A stretch of 64,000 bases of DNA from an uncultured Saprospiraceae bacterium (GTDB taxonomy: Bacteria; Bacteroidota; Bacteroidia; Chitinophagales; Saprospiraceae), in contig CALFUK010000016.1 of assembly GCA_937929945.1 (NCBI GenBank), forward strand, positions 9,379-73,378, read 5' to 3'. Below are positions 28,844 through 38,048 of this stretch, one piece after another; within the stretch, counting starts at the first letter, position 1; each line of letters begins with the position of its first letter. Below the pieces are notes generated by a model. It did no database searches. It saw only the letters and a program-made list of their open reading frames with translations, and was not told the origin of the DNA. Made by a program: the position numbers and the translations under genes.

Positions 28844-28970
28844 AGGTATTTGCCTGCTTGTAGGAAGCAAGGACTGTAAGTACTGCGTAATCAATACGCA
28901 TACTGCGTGAAAAAATCGACTGAGAGCTCACAGCAGTTGATAAAGTAAGCTGACAGATATTTAGCTACGC

Positions 28971-30485
28971 TTATTCGATGAAAATCCGCTTATGTAAATT
29001 TCTATCAGCAGATATCAGCTGAAGATTATACAGGCCCGGAGCCACATCAGAAACATCTACGGATTTAAGCAGCTGCTCATCAGGCTGCACAGTTTTGATC
29101 AGCCTGCCATCAATAGAATACAATTGTATGGATTTGATTGATAGATCAGCGGGTGAAGAGAAGTGCAATACACTGGTAGTGGGATTAGGATAGATTCTGA
29201 TCGCAGCTTCATTAAGCCGCTCATCCACAGTAGGCGAAGTCATATCCCGCAAGGAATTAAAGAACTCGACTGTCTCAAGAAAGGCGGGCACGACGCAGGA
29301 GCCGTGAGTTCCATTTTCATCAATCAAGACTGCCTTGACATCTTCATCGCCAGTCTGCATCAGCACGTCTTCTGCTGTCAGGGCATTCTGAAACCATACC
29401 TGCTCATCTGCGCCACAGTACATCATCCTCACCGGCGCCTGAGGGGACCAATCAATAACATCATTGTCTTCAAATGCTCGAGAGATCGGGTGGTCTAAGC
29501 GATTGATGATGATGTCTAACACATCCTCTTTTAGCATCAGCCGTGGTGATATAAGATCATTTTCTTCTAGCATCAAGTTTCGTAATTCAGCATTGAGCTG
29601 GCCTAAATCGATCTCTTCTCTGGCGAAGGACTCAATGGGGGCAATGTACTTATCTATAAAAAAGTCAGACAGGGCTGATGGAAATTCGTCTTTGTAGGCT
29701 CTCTGATATGATAGAGTGGTCCACGCTATATATCCTAAGAATGGAAACTCTGCTTCTACCAGGGTGAATTCTATCATGTCACCTGAAATGCTGTACGGTC
29801 CTGACATAGGTGCAGATGCAGTGACAGTGATCTGATCAGCATAATCTCGCTCAATATTTCTGTGTGCTGCCATGGCAGCATGGCCACCCTGAGAATATCC
29901 CGTGATGAAGAGCTGATCGCTGGCGGTGACACTATTGTCATCGAGAGTGGTGAGGAACTCATCTAATGCAAACAGCATATCAATGGCAGCTTGTGCTTCT
30001 GAATCAGCATGCACATAAGGATGAATGCCTCTGGATGTTCCGAGACCTTGGTAGTCAGGTGCGATGGTGATGTATCCGAAAGAGGCTAAGGCCAGCCCGA
30101 GCTCCCATCCACCTCTCAGCTGTGAGGGTACGTCATCTCTGGAGGATACAGTACCGTGCTGGTAGATAGCTCTTGGAAAACTGCCTGACTCACTTGAGGG
30201 TATCATGATCAACCCACTGGCTGTATCTAATCGGCCCTCTAAATCAGTCGTGGTGTATAAGACACTGTATGCGTCTACCGCATGATCTACATCTGTACCG
30301 AGATTAGACTCAATGATAAGCTCAGGCAGACTGATGGCCAGATTAAAGTCGATCAATTTTTGGGCGATCAGGCTCGGTACAGCCATCAATAAGCAGATTG
30401 TCACGGTAAGTAGGAGTCGCATAGGCATTGTTGTTTTATGCTTCAATGTACAGAATTCATATTCCAATTTCGGCCTTAAGGCCAC
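28971..30485 (-). CDS. Secreted alpha/beta-hydrolase (lipase/esterase GYSQGG) with T9SS C-terminal sorting domain
   Basis: Signal peptide. GxSxG nucleophile GYSQGGHAA. C-terminal IRIYPNPTTSVLHFSS...LYSIDGRLIKTV Por-secretion CTD. Confidence 0.7.
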   Translation of the reverse strand: MALRPKLEYEFCTLKHKTTMPMRLLLTVTICLLMAVPSLIAQKLIDFNLAISLPELIIESNLGTDVDHAVDAYSVLYTTTDLEGRLDTASGLIMIPSSESGSFPRAIYQHGTVSSRDDVPSQLRGGWELGLALASFGYITIAPDYQGLGTSRGIHPYVHADSEAQAAIDMLFALDEFLTTLDDNSVTASDQLFITGYSQGGHAAMAAHRNIERDYADQITVTASAPMSGPYSISGDMIEFTLVEAEFPFLGYIAWTTLSYQRAYKDEFPSALSDFFIDKYIAPIESFAREEIDLGQLNAELRNLMLEENDLISPRLMLKEDVLDIIINRLDHPISRAFEDNDVIDWSPQAPVRMMYCGADEQVWFQNALTAEDVLMQTGDEDVKAVLIDENGTHGSCVVPAFLETVEFFNSLRDMTSPTVDERLNEAAIRIYPNPTTSVLHFSSPADLSIKSIQLYSIDGRLIKTVQPDEQLLKSVDVSDVAPGLYNLQLISADRNLHKRIFIE

Positions 30486-30742
30486 CTATACAGAGATTTA
30501 AGTGTGAGATGATAGATGAAAAGGCCACAACATAGAAGTCGGATGCTAAATTGATTCGCGTGATATGTCAGTTAATGATCACAAGCAGTTACAGGATCTA
30601 AGTCTATAGTTTGGGCTCATAATTGACTAACTTGAGCAGACCCCGCACTCGTTCATCAGCAGAATCGATGCGTTCATCTATATACTCGGCGAGATGAAAC
30701 TTCATAGACTTAATAAAATGTTAAGAAAGAAACTGTAGGAAA

Positions 30743-31270
30743 ATGATTGAATTACTCACATGGATCTCCCTCATCAGTGGCGGCGTCTTGATCCTGCTGC
30801 TGCTCCTCTCACTACTCGGAGGCTTAGAATTGGATGTCGATATCGGAGGCGATACAGACATGGACAGTGGCGACTTAGGTATCATCAAAGGCTTGCTCAC
30901 CTTTCTCTCCATCGGCTCATGGGTGGTGAAGCTGGTCTTAGCTATAGATCAAAATCCCATCATCGCACTGACCATCGGCATTGTATCTGGCCTGGTGGCT
31001 GTGTATCTGCTCAATCTGATGCTGAGGCTACTGCTCAAAAATCAATCAGAGGTCAACTGGAAATCAGAAGATGCTCTATACAAAGAAGCGAAGGTATACC
31101 TGAAGATTCCTGCTAAGCAAGGCTATGGCATCATCCACGTCAACATCAATGGTGCCATCCGAGAGTTAAAAGCTAAAACCATCAACGAAACTGAAATAGC
31201 CACTGGAGAAAAAGTTCTCGTGGAAGACATTGTCGATAGCTTCGCCAAAGTCTCACTTATTACATCATAA
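30743..31270 (+). CDS. NfeD-like/YqiJ-family membrane protein (partner of flotillin)
   Basis: N-terminal TM helices with acidic loop. C-terminal OB-fold-like region (GYGIIHVNINGAIRELKAKT). Immediately precedes flotillin gene. Confidence 0.6.
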   Translation: MIELLTWISLISGGVLILLLLLSLLGGLELDVDIGGDTDMDSGDLGIIKGLLTFLSIGSWVVKLVLAIDQNPIIALTIGIVSGLVAVYLLNLMLRLLLKNQSEVNWKSEDALYKEAKVYLKIPAKQGYGIIHVNINGAIRELKAKTINETEIATGEKVLVEDIVDSFAKVSLITS

Positions 31271-31289
31271 TCATTAAAACTTTACGAAT

Positions 31290-32711
31290 ATGACTAATGG
31301 AATATTAATCTTAATTGGCTTCATCGTTTTAGTAGCCATCCTATTACTTCTCTTCTTTGTCAGCAGGTATAAAAGATGTCCTTCTGATAAGATACTTGTC
31401 GTCTACGGTAAGACGGGAGGCGAACAATCTGCCAAGTGCTACGCCGGAGGAGCTGCCTTCGTGTGGCCTGTGATACAAGACTATAAGTATTTAGATCTCA
31501 CACCGCTGTCTATAGATGTGAATTTGCAGGATGCGCTGTCTAAGCAAAACATACGAGTATCAGTCCCAGCCCAATTCACCGTCGGAGTCTCTAATAAGCC
31601 CGAGCTGATGATTGCTGCTGCGGAGAGACTGCTGGGATTAGAGCGTCCTGATATCAGCTCCCTGGCTCATGACATCATCATGGGACAGATGAGACTGGTG
31701 ATAGCGAATATGGACATCGAAGAGCTGAACACGGACCGAGATAAATTCGTCGAGTCTGTCTACCGTAACGTAGGGGATGAGCTACACAAGATTGGCCTGG
31801 AGCTGATCAATGTAAATGTCACAGACATCCAAGATGAGTCTGGCTATATCCAGGCGCTGGGTAAAGAAGCTGCAGCCAAAGCGATCAATGATGCAAAGGT
31901 CAAAGTCGCCCAAGAAGTCAGAACTGGATCAATTGGTGAGGCTGAAGCACAGCAAGATCAGCGGATCAAAGTCTCTGATGCGAACAGCCGGGCGGAAATA
32001 GGAGAAGCCGTAGCCGAAGCTTCAGCTCAAGAAGGAAAAAATAATTCTGCGATCAAAATCGCTAACTCTAATGCGACCAGAGATATAGAAATGGCAGAGG
32101 CTAAGCGACGATCCACCGCAGCTGAGAAAGTGGCTAGTGCCAAGGCACTAGAAGAGGCCTACCTCGCTGAGAAGTCAGCGGAGGAGGCTAGAGCCTCTAT
32201 GGAGAACGCTAAGCTAGAGGCAGATCAAATCGTCTTTGCAAGCATCGAAAAGCAGAAAGCAGTGATCGCAGCGCAGGCCGAAGCAGAAAGACAAAGAGAA
32301 ATAGCTAAGGGTGAGGCTGATGCCATCCTGTCCAAGCTGATGGCGCAAGCTAAAGGCCGAGAGGAGTTGCTCAAAAAGCAAGCTGAAGGCTTTAACAAAT
32401 TAGTACAAGCAGCCGGTGGAGATCCCCAGAGCGCCATTGGATTCTTGATGGTCGATAAGCTGGCAGAGCTGGCTGAGATTCAGACGGGAGCCATTAAGGA
32501 TCTGGACATTGACAAGGTGGTGGTATATGATAGCGGCAATGGACAGGGCGTGGGCAATTTTGTCAAAGGTCTCTACGGCATGATGCCTCAGCTCAATGAC
32601 TTCTTGAATCAGAGCGGGATGAACTTACCAGAGAGCCTGGTCAAGAAATCTGAGCAGGAGAAGAAGACCCACTCTAATGGTACGGTGGAACCACCACAGG
32701 AGGTAGAATAG
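31290..32711 (+). CDS. Flotillin family SPFH-domain protein (YqiK-like)
   Basis: N-terminal TM anchor, SPFH/band-7 domain, long Ala/Glu-rich coiled coil (EA-repeat) tail. Confidence 0.85.
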   Translation: MTNGILILIGFIVLVAILLLLFFVSRYKRCPSDKILVVYGKTGGEQSAKCYAGGAAFVWPVIQDYKYLDLTPLSIDVNLQDALSKQNIRVSVPAQFTVGVSNKPELMIAAAERLLGLERPDISSLAHDIIMGQMRLVIANMDIEELNTDRDKFVESVYRNVGDELHKIGLELINVNVTDIQDESGYIQALGKEAAAKAINDAKVKVAQEVRTGSIGEAEAQQDQRIKVSDANSRAEIGEAVAEASAQEGKNNSAIKIANSNATRDIEMAEAKRRSTAAEKVASAKALEEAYLAEKSAEEARASMENAKLEADQIVFASIEKQKAVIAAQAEAERQREIAKGEADAILSKLMAQAKGREELLKKQAEGFNKLVQAAGGDPQSAIGFLMVDKLAELAEIQTGAIKDLDIDKVVVYDSGNGQGVGNFVKGLYGMMPQLNDFLNQSGMNLPESLVKKSEQEKKTHSNGTVEPPQEVE

Positions 32712-32732
32712 CTTTAGTAGAACAGTTTGAAA

Positions 32733-32769
32733 TGGCTCGCTTGTATCCCAAGCGAGTCATTTTTATTTT
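32733..32769 (+). terminator. Rho-independent terminator after the NfeD-flotillin operon
   Basis: TGGCTCGCTTG-TATCC-CAAGCGAGTCA hairpin followed by TTTTTATTTTC. The T-run overlaps the stop of the convergent gene. Confidence 0.6.
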
Positions 32770-34118
32770 CCCACCATCAGGGTATATAGCTTTTTCATTT
32801 TTTTAAGATCACGCTTGACGGGATCAAAAATGCTATTGTGAACATTATAGGTGATGTGGGTATTCAGCAGATTTTGAGATTGGAATGCCCCTAGGCGCTC
32901 CATTGCTTCATCCAAATCACCACTGGACTCCTCCAGTAAGGCTCCGTCCATCACCACCATAGGCTGCTCTAAAAATGAATAAGGCCGCTCTTCTACAAAT
33001 GAATACAGCTGGTATGGAAAGCCAGTGCCACAGCGAAAGCCTATCATCCGCTGATAGCCTAGTGTACTGTCCTTGGCTATGCCTGCATCTTCCAAGATAG
33101 CGGGTGTTTTCTCGAAGGAGAAGCGGAGAAAGTGCTGCCGATTATGGATCACATCTGCTTCCAGGACCTGCTCTAATCTTTGTTTTTCTTTGCTCAGCAG
33201 GTCTGCCTTAAATCCACTGTTATAGCTGCCGTGGAGTCCGATTTGGTAGCCACGTGCCTCAGCTAAAGCAATGCATTGCTCAATAATTGGATTGTTGACT
33301 TGATAATAATTATCATGTTTAGTCTCGCCTCCAGCCATCAGATAGAGTACTTTATCTTGAAAATCTATTGTTGATGAATCAACTAACAAAAAGAAAAAGC
33401 TGTTAAATGGGTCTTTTTTAGAATTAAATTTTGACTTAGCGTAAAATGTCATATTTTTTCTGATGCCATCTATCCCGTTGTCCAAAAAAGCTCTGGCAAA
33501 GCTTCTCAAGCTGCGCTTGGTGCCTCGATACTTCTCTAAGACATCTATGTCGTGGGAGAGGCTATAAGTCGTCTGCCGATCATCCGTGGCAAATCCTAAA
33601 GCGCGGTAGAGCGCCAATACCAGCTGATCCACGACAGGTAGTTGCTGCAGTCCGTGCCGGACCAGCAACTGATCTCGCTCCCACATCATATCCCAAGGGT
33701 CTCTGACGAACCCTGAGCAATGATACTCTTCATAGCGGCTGAGGTGAAAGAAGAGTGTCTCCACAAGGTCAAAGCCAAAGACATTTGCTGCTATAAAAGC
33801 ATCTTGTAAGCGAGGATTAGACTTGGCCTCTACGGAGTGGATATGGCTATTTTGGTCTTCATAAGCTCTGCATGATAAGCTCAGATTACTCAGCACAGCA
33901 TCTGAGAAAAGCAGCTTTTGTTGTGGTATTAGATATGTCGTGGGGCGTGGATGGGGCCCATAGGCAATGCTGATGTTAATTGGTAAACTGGGTGTGGGAT
34001 TTAGTACGAACTGGACTGGCTCTTCAGGTTTTAAAGGATGGCGTTGGATAAAGTCTAAGACATACTGGATTCTTGCTACATAGATAGGCTTGGCGCAGTA
34101 TACTCCGATCGTCTTCAT
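32763..34118 (-). CDS. Hypothetical protein, possibly polysaccharide-deacetylase-like (first gene of deacetylase/FemAB-like/AsnB trio)
   Basis: 451 aa, no confidently recognised motif. Call is based mainly on genomic context. Confidence 0.3.
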   Translation of the reverse strand: MKTIGVYCAKPIYVARIQYVLDFIQRHPLKPEEPVQFVLNPTPSLPINISIAYGPHPRPTTYLIPQQKLLFSDAVLSNLSLSCRAYEDQNSHIHSVEAKSNPRLQDAFIAANVFGFDLVETLFFHLSRYEEYHCSGFVRDPWDMMWERDQLLVRHGLQQLPVVDQLVLALYRALGFATDDRQTTYSLSHDIDVLEKYRGTKRSLRSFARAFLDNGIDGIRKNMTFYAKSKFNSKKDPFNSFFFLLVDSSTIDFQDKVLYLMAGGETKHDNYYQVNNPIIEQCIALAEARGYQIGLHGSYNSGFKADLLSKEKQRLEQVLEADVIHNRQHFLRFSFEKTPAILEDAGIAKDSTLGYQRMIGFRCGTGFPYQLYSFVEERPYSFLEQPMVVMDGALLEESSGDLDEAMERLGAFQSQNLLNTHITYNVHNSIFDPVKRDLKKMKKLYTLMVGK

Positions 34119-35071
34119 TCGCCAAGCTGAGTAAATGCATTAATGAACCTGAATAAGCCACGCTTCTGATAGACTCGCAGGTAAGGTAGCTGAACCGCTC
34201 CAAACGATCGGAAGACCCTTTGAAATCGCTCAATCATACTGCCGCAGAAATCTAAGCTGTGGTAGTCCTTATGGTGCTCTTTGATCAGCCGCCAGATCAG
34301 ATAGGATACTGCTCCACTGCTCCGCAGATCGGGATCACTCCCGATCATTAGACTGTATAATGTGCCGTGCTCCTGAAGAAGATAGACACAGGCATGCACC
34401 TGATCCTGCTGGTCCAAAGCGACCAGTATCTTACGCTTGGATCGCTGAGCGATGGCCTTGTCCAAGGTCTGGAGCAGCGGAAGATCAAAAGGCATGGCCT
34501 TGGACTGAGCAGCGAATGATTTTTGATTGAGCTGGTATATCGTACTGATGTCTTCGCTTGTCTCAAAGCGCAGCCTGTCTTCCGCCTTTCTGATCTCAGT
34601 CCTCACACTGCCTTCGAAATCATTATAGATGGTCTCCAGGGACTGACTGAGATCAATCTTTGAGCTGTAGTATGTCGCTTGTTGCAGGCCCTCCCAGTGG
34701 AGTATTTGGCCATTAGAATACTCAGGATGAAAATGTTGATTGAAGTAGGCATATGCAGGCAGCTGCTGGACCAGATCGGCTACGACTTTTCGCTCGAAGG
34801 CGTACTGTCTGGATAGCTTAGACTGGCGCAGTGGATACTGAAATATGATGCCCAGATAAGGTGTCAGTATTGGCTGCCGCAGGAGCTTCATCCCATATCG
34901 CTGCTGGTGAAAGTAGGCCAGTGCACCCTGTAGCCTGCCGTCCTGATCCTGACTGATTACGACATCCCAAGCCTCAGGACCACAGACTGCATCCAGCCAC
35001 CAGGGCTGATGAAACATTGAGATTGTCTCATCTGTGTCACAATGCTGGTGATATATCTCCTTATTCGTCAA
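34115..35071 (-). CDS. GNAT-fold N-acetyltransferase of the FemAB-like/Acetyltransf_6 type
   Basis: MFHQPWWLDAV...LLRQPILTPYLGIIFQY resembles PF13480 FemAB-like GNAT proteins. 4-bp overlap with upstream gene. Alternative start at 35017. Confidence 0.5.
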   Translation of the reverse strand: MTNKEIYHQHCDTDETISMFHQPWWLDAVCGPEAWDVVISQDQDGRLQGALAYFHQQRYGMKLLRQPILTPYLGIIFQYPLRQSKLSRQYAFERKVVADLVQQLPAYAYFNQHFHPEYSNGQILHWEGLQQATYYSSKIDLSQSLETIYNDFEGSVRTEIRKAEDRLRFETSEDISTIYQLNQKSFAAQSKAMPFDLPLLQTLDKAIAQRSKRKILVALDQQDQVHACVYLLQEHGTLYSLMIGSDPDLRSSGAVSYLIWRLIKEHHKDYHSLDFCGSMIERFQRVFRSFGAVQLPYLRVYQKRGLFRFINAFTQLGE

Positions 35072-35094
35072 TAAAACATCATATTTATCAGATC

Positions 35095-36858
35095 ATGTGC
35101 GGAATATTCGGCATCATAAATATAGATAAAAGACCAGTCGATCAGTCAGAACTAAAGGACGGTATCAAACTGCTGGAGCACCGGGGTCCGGATGGGCAGG
35201 GCTATTACCAGGATAAGCAGTTGGGCCTGGCTGCATGCAGGCTGAAAGTCATGGATCGTAGCGATGCGGCTAATCAGCCTTTTCGGTGGCAGCAGTACGT
35301 CTTGTTATTTAATGGCAGCATATATAATCATGAAGAACTGCGGGCTGAACTGATAGTGGCAGGATATCAATTTGATTCGGCCTCTGATACAGAGGTGATC
35401 ATCAAGGCGTATGACCACTGGGGACATGCCTGTTTGGAGCACTTCAATGGCATGTGGGCTATTATGATCTATGATCAGTCCTCACGGGAGTTATTCATTG
35501 CCAGAGACAGATTTGGCATCAAGCCATTGTACTATTATCAATCAGATACGCAGTTGGTCTTTGCTTCAGAAATCAAAGCTTTCACTCAGCTGCGATCGTG
35601 GAGAGCAGAGGCTAATCTAAAGACTGTGACGACGTATCTGGCTTATGGCATGCAGGACTACAGTGAGGAGACTATGTTCGCCAGGGTCCGCCATGTGCCA
35701 GCTGCCAGTTGTGCCAGTTATCGCCTTGACGGGCATCAGCCATTAGAGTTTAGCAGGTACTATGCTTTAGAGTCAGATGATACGTTTAAGCTAAGTGCGC
35801 GAGCAGGCATCGACCAATTTCGATCCATATTTTACGACGCTGTCAGTCTGCGGCACAGAGCTGCCTATGATCTTGGCAGCTGTCTTTCAGGAGGACTGGA
35901 CTCTTCCTCCGTCTTGTGTGCATCGGCGAATGTGCCCCGAAGTATCTCCGTGACCTATGACCAGCCTGAGATCAATGAGTCTAGCTACGTGGCTGCCGTG
36001 ATCCAGAAAATGGGTGGTAAAAGTCACCAACTATCGCCATCATTAGACGGCCTGCTCTCGGCACTGCCGGCCCTTATCTGGACACAGGATGAGCCATTCT
36101 CTTCCGCCAGTGTGTATGCACAGCACGAGCTCTATCGGAAAGCGAATGAGCTATCACTCAGGGTGATGCTGGAAGGCCAAGGCGCAGACGAGATACTGGG
36201 CGGCTACGATATATTCTATCTGAGCCTTCTGAAGCAGCGCATGAGCATGCGTCCACTCAGCGCTGCCTCTACCATTTTTCACATAGCGAAGCAGTACGAC
36301 AATGGCTTTGGTCAGGCATGGCGACGCTACAGTCAGTATAGGTCCAAGAAAAAGAATACTTCGCTCGCTTGGCTGAGGGCAGCAGTAGAACTGCCCGTAA
36401 GAGAGACTGAAACTTCGATCAGTGACACCAGCCGATATCTGCTCCAGCACATGGGCCTGCCTGTGTTGCTGCACTATGCAGATCGGAATAGCATGGCTCA
36501 CTCCGTAGAGGCACGACTGCCATTTCTAGATCATCGGCTGGTCGAGTTTTGCCTGAGCCTGGGAGATGATATGAAGATCAATCGAGGTGTACGCAAGTGG
36601 ATCCTGAGAGAAGCGATGAAGCACGCACTGCCTCGGCGGGTGTATGAGCGCAAGAATAAGCTGGGCTTTGAGACACCTCAGCGAGCTTGGAATGTGGAAC
36701 ATAAAACGAAGATTGATCAACTGACCATGCGATCCATTACTAACTTGTCAGCGGTGGTCAATCCCCAACAAAGTACTGCCATAAAGGATGACGCTATCAA
36801 ATGGAGACTGATCAGCCTGGCGATGTGGGCTGAGGTATTTGGGGTAAAAAACTTGTAA
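35095..36858 (+). CDS. Asparagine synthase (glutamine-hydrolysing), AsnB-like amidotransferase
   Basis: MCGIFGI class-II glutamine amidotransferase nucleophile at N-terminus. SGGLDSS PP-loop motif. 588 aa from this Met (track ORF starts at 35017). Confidence 0.9.
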   Translation: MCGIFGIINIDKRPVDQSELKDGIKLLEHRGPDGQGYYQDKQLGLAACRLKVMDRSDAANQPFRWQQYVLLFNGSIYNHEELRAELIVAGYQFDSASDTEVIIKAYDHWGHACLEHFNGMWAIMIYDQSSRELFIARDRFGIKPLYYYQSDTQLVFASEIKAFTQLRSWRAEANLKTVTTYLAYGMQDYSEETMFARVRHVPAASCASYRLDGHQPLEFSRYYALESDDTFKLSARAGIDQFRSIFYDAVSLRHRAAYDLGSCLSGGLDSSSVLCASANVPRSISVTYDQPEINESSYVAAVIQKMGGKSHQLSPSLDGLLSALPALIWTQDEPFSSASVYAQHELYRKANELSLRVMLEGQGADEILGGYDIFYLSLLKQRMSMRPLSAASTIFHIAKQYDNGFGQAWRRYSQYRSKKKNTSLAWLRAAVELPVRETETSISDTSRYLLQHMGLPVLLHYADRNSMAHSVEARLPFLDHRLVEFCLSLGDDMKINRGVRKWILREAMKHALPRRVYERKNKLGFETPQRAWNVEHKTKIDQLTMRSITNLSAVVNPQQSTAIKDDAIKWRLISLAMWAEVFGVKNL

Positions 36859-36902
36859 ATTAGGACATAATGTAGTATTTTTGGGACAAATGGCATAATA
36901 AT

Positions 36903-37400
36903 ATGATTACAGCAAAAGTCAATGAAGCCTTACGGAAAGAGTTGGAGAATATCAGTGGGACATCATCAGATGGACAGGTAGCTGAGCCAATGGCCGCTTA
37001 TGGTATGACCATGAATAAGCTGCTGGATCAGAAGATGCTGCTGCTCTCCCTCATTGAGGCAGGAGTGAGCAGTCAGTTTTTTTTCACTCTCGTTGAGGAG
37101 AGCTCTTACAGTCTGACAGATTGGTGCCATGTCACTAATATTCCTTATCGCACTCTACAGCGCTACCAAAAAGATAATACCATGCTGAAGCCCATATACA
37201 CAGAGAAGATATTTGAATTTGTAGAAGTCGTCCAAAAAGGCGTAGATGTCTTTGGCAGCTCTGAGAAATTTGAGCGGTGGCTCTATAAGCCAAAGTTTAT
37301 TTTCCAGGATAAGCGGCCTATTGATCTACTCAGCAGCTCATTCGGTAAGGAGCTGGTCATGACAGAGCTGGTCCACATAGAGCACGGTATTTTTGCATGA
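36903..37400 (+). CDS. Type II antitoxin, Xre/MbcA/ParS family (DUF2384)
   Basis: C-terminal FERWLYKPKFIFQDKRPIDLLSSSFGKELVMTELVHIEHG matches the DUF2384 toxin-binding signature. 4-bp ATGA overlap with the RES gene. Confidence 0.75.
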   Translation: MITAKVNEALRKELENISGTSSDGQVAEPMAAYGMTMNKLLDQKMLLLSLIEAGVSSQFFFTLVEESSYSLTDWCHVTNIPYRTLQRYQKDNTMLKPIYTEKIFEFVEVVQKGVDVFGSSEKFERWLYKPKFIFQDKRPIDLLSSSFGKELVMTELVHIEHGIFA

Positions 37401-37858
37401 TTTGCTACCGATTGGCGAAGGCCCAATATAAGGATTCACTCAGTGGATATGGCGCCGCTCTGCGGGGCGGCCGATGGAATAGTGTGGGAGTAGAGATCAT
37501 CTATACAGCATCCAGCCGGGCACTGGCGATGGCAGAAATGTTAGTCCATATCGATGTGGAGGATGTACCTGATGACTACCATATGATGAGAATTGGCGTA
37601 CCTGATACGATAGCACGAAATATCATATCACAAAGTGATCTGCCTACTCACTGGAACAAAATGATCGAGTACCTACCGCTGTCAAGATCTCTGGGTGACC
37701 GCTTTATTAAAGATAAAAGATACGGCGTGCTCAGCGTCCCATCCGCAGTGGTCAAAGGCGATTTTAATATTTTAATTAATCCATATCATGAGGGCTTTTC
37801 GAAGATCGAAATCTTGAGTACGGAGCCATTTCCATTTGATCAAAGACTGTTCTGTTGA
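37397..37858 (+). CDS. RES-domain toxin (NAD+-targeting, ParT/MbcT-like)
   Basis: Conserved R (ALRGGRWN), E (ALAMAEMLVH) and S (VLSVPSAV) in canonical order. 153 aa. Confidence 0.75.
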   Translation: MICYRLAKAQYKDSLSGYGAALRGGRWNSVGVEIIYTASSRALAMAEMLVHIDVEDVPDDYHMMRIGVPDTIARNIISQSDLPTHWNKMIEYLPLSRSLGDRFIKDKRYGVLSVPSAVVKGDFNILINPYHEGFSKIEILSTEPFPFDQRLFC

Positions 37859-38048
37859 TCTCGCATTCTCACTGGATCAATCAGAATTATAGCTAATCGG
37901 TCAAAGTCCAATAACAATTGATGCCAACCAAAGAGAAAATTGACAACCTCAAAAGGGAATTGCCTAAAGTAAAGCTCTCATCTGTTTTAGGCATGATATC
38001 GCTGTAAACCCTAACGAATCTTCAAATGACTTGAAGTATCTTTAGCTT

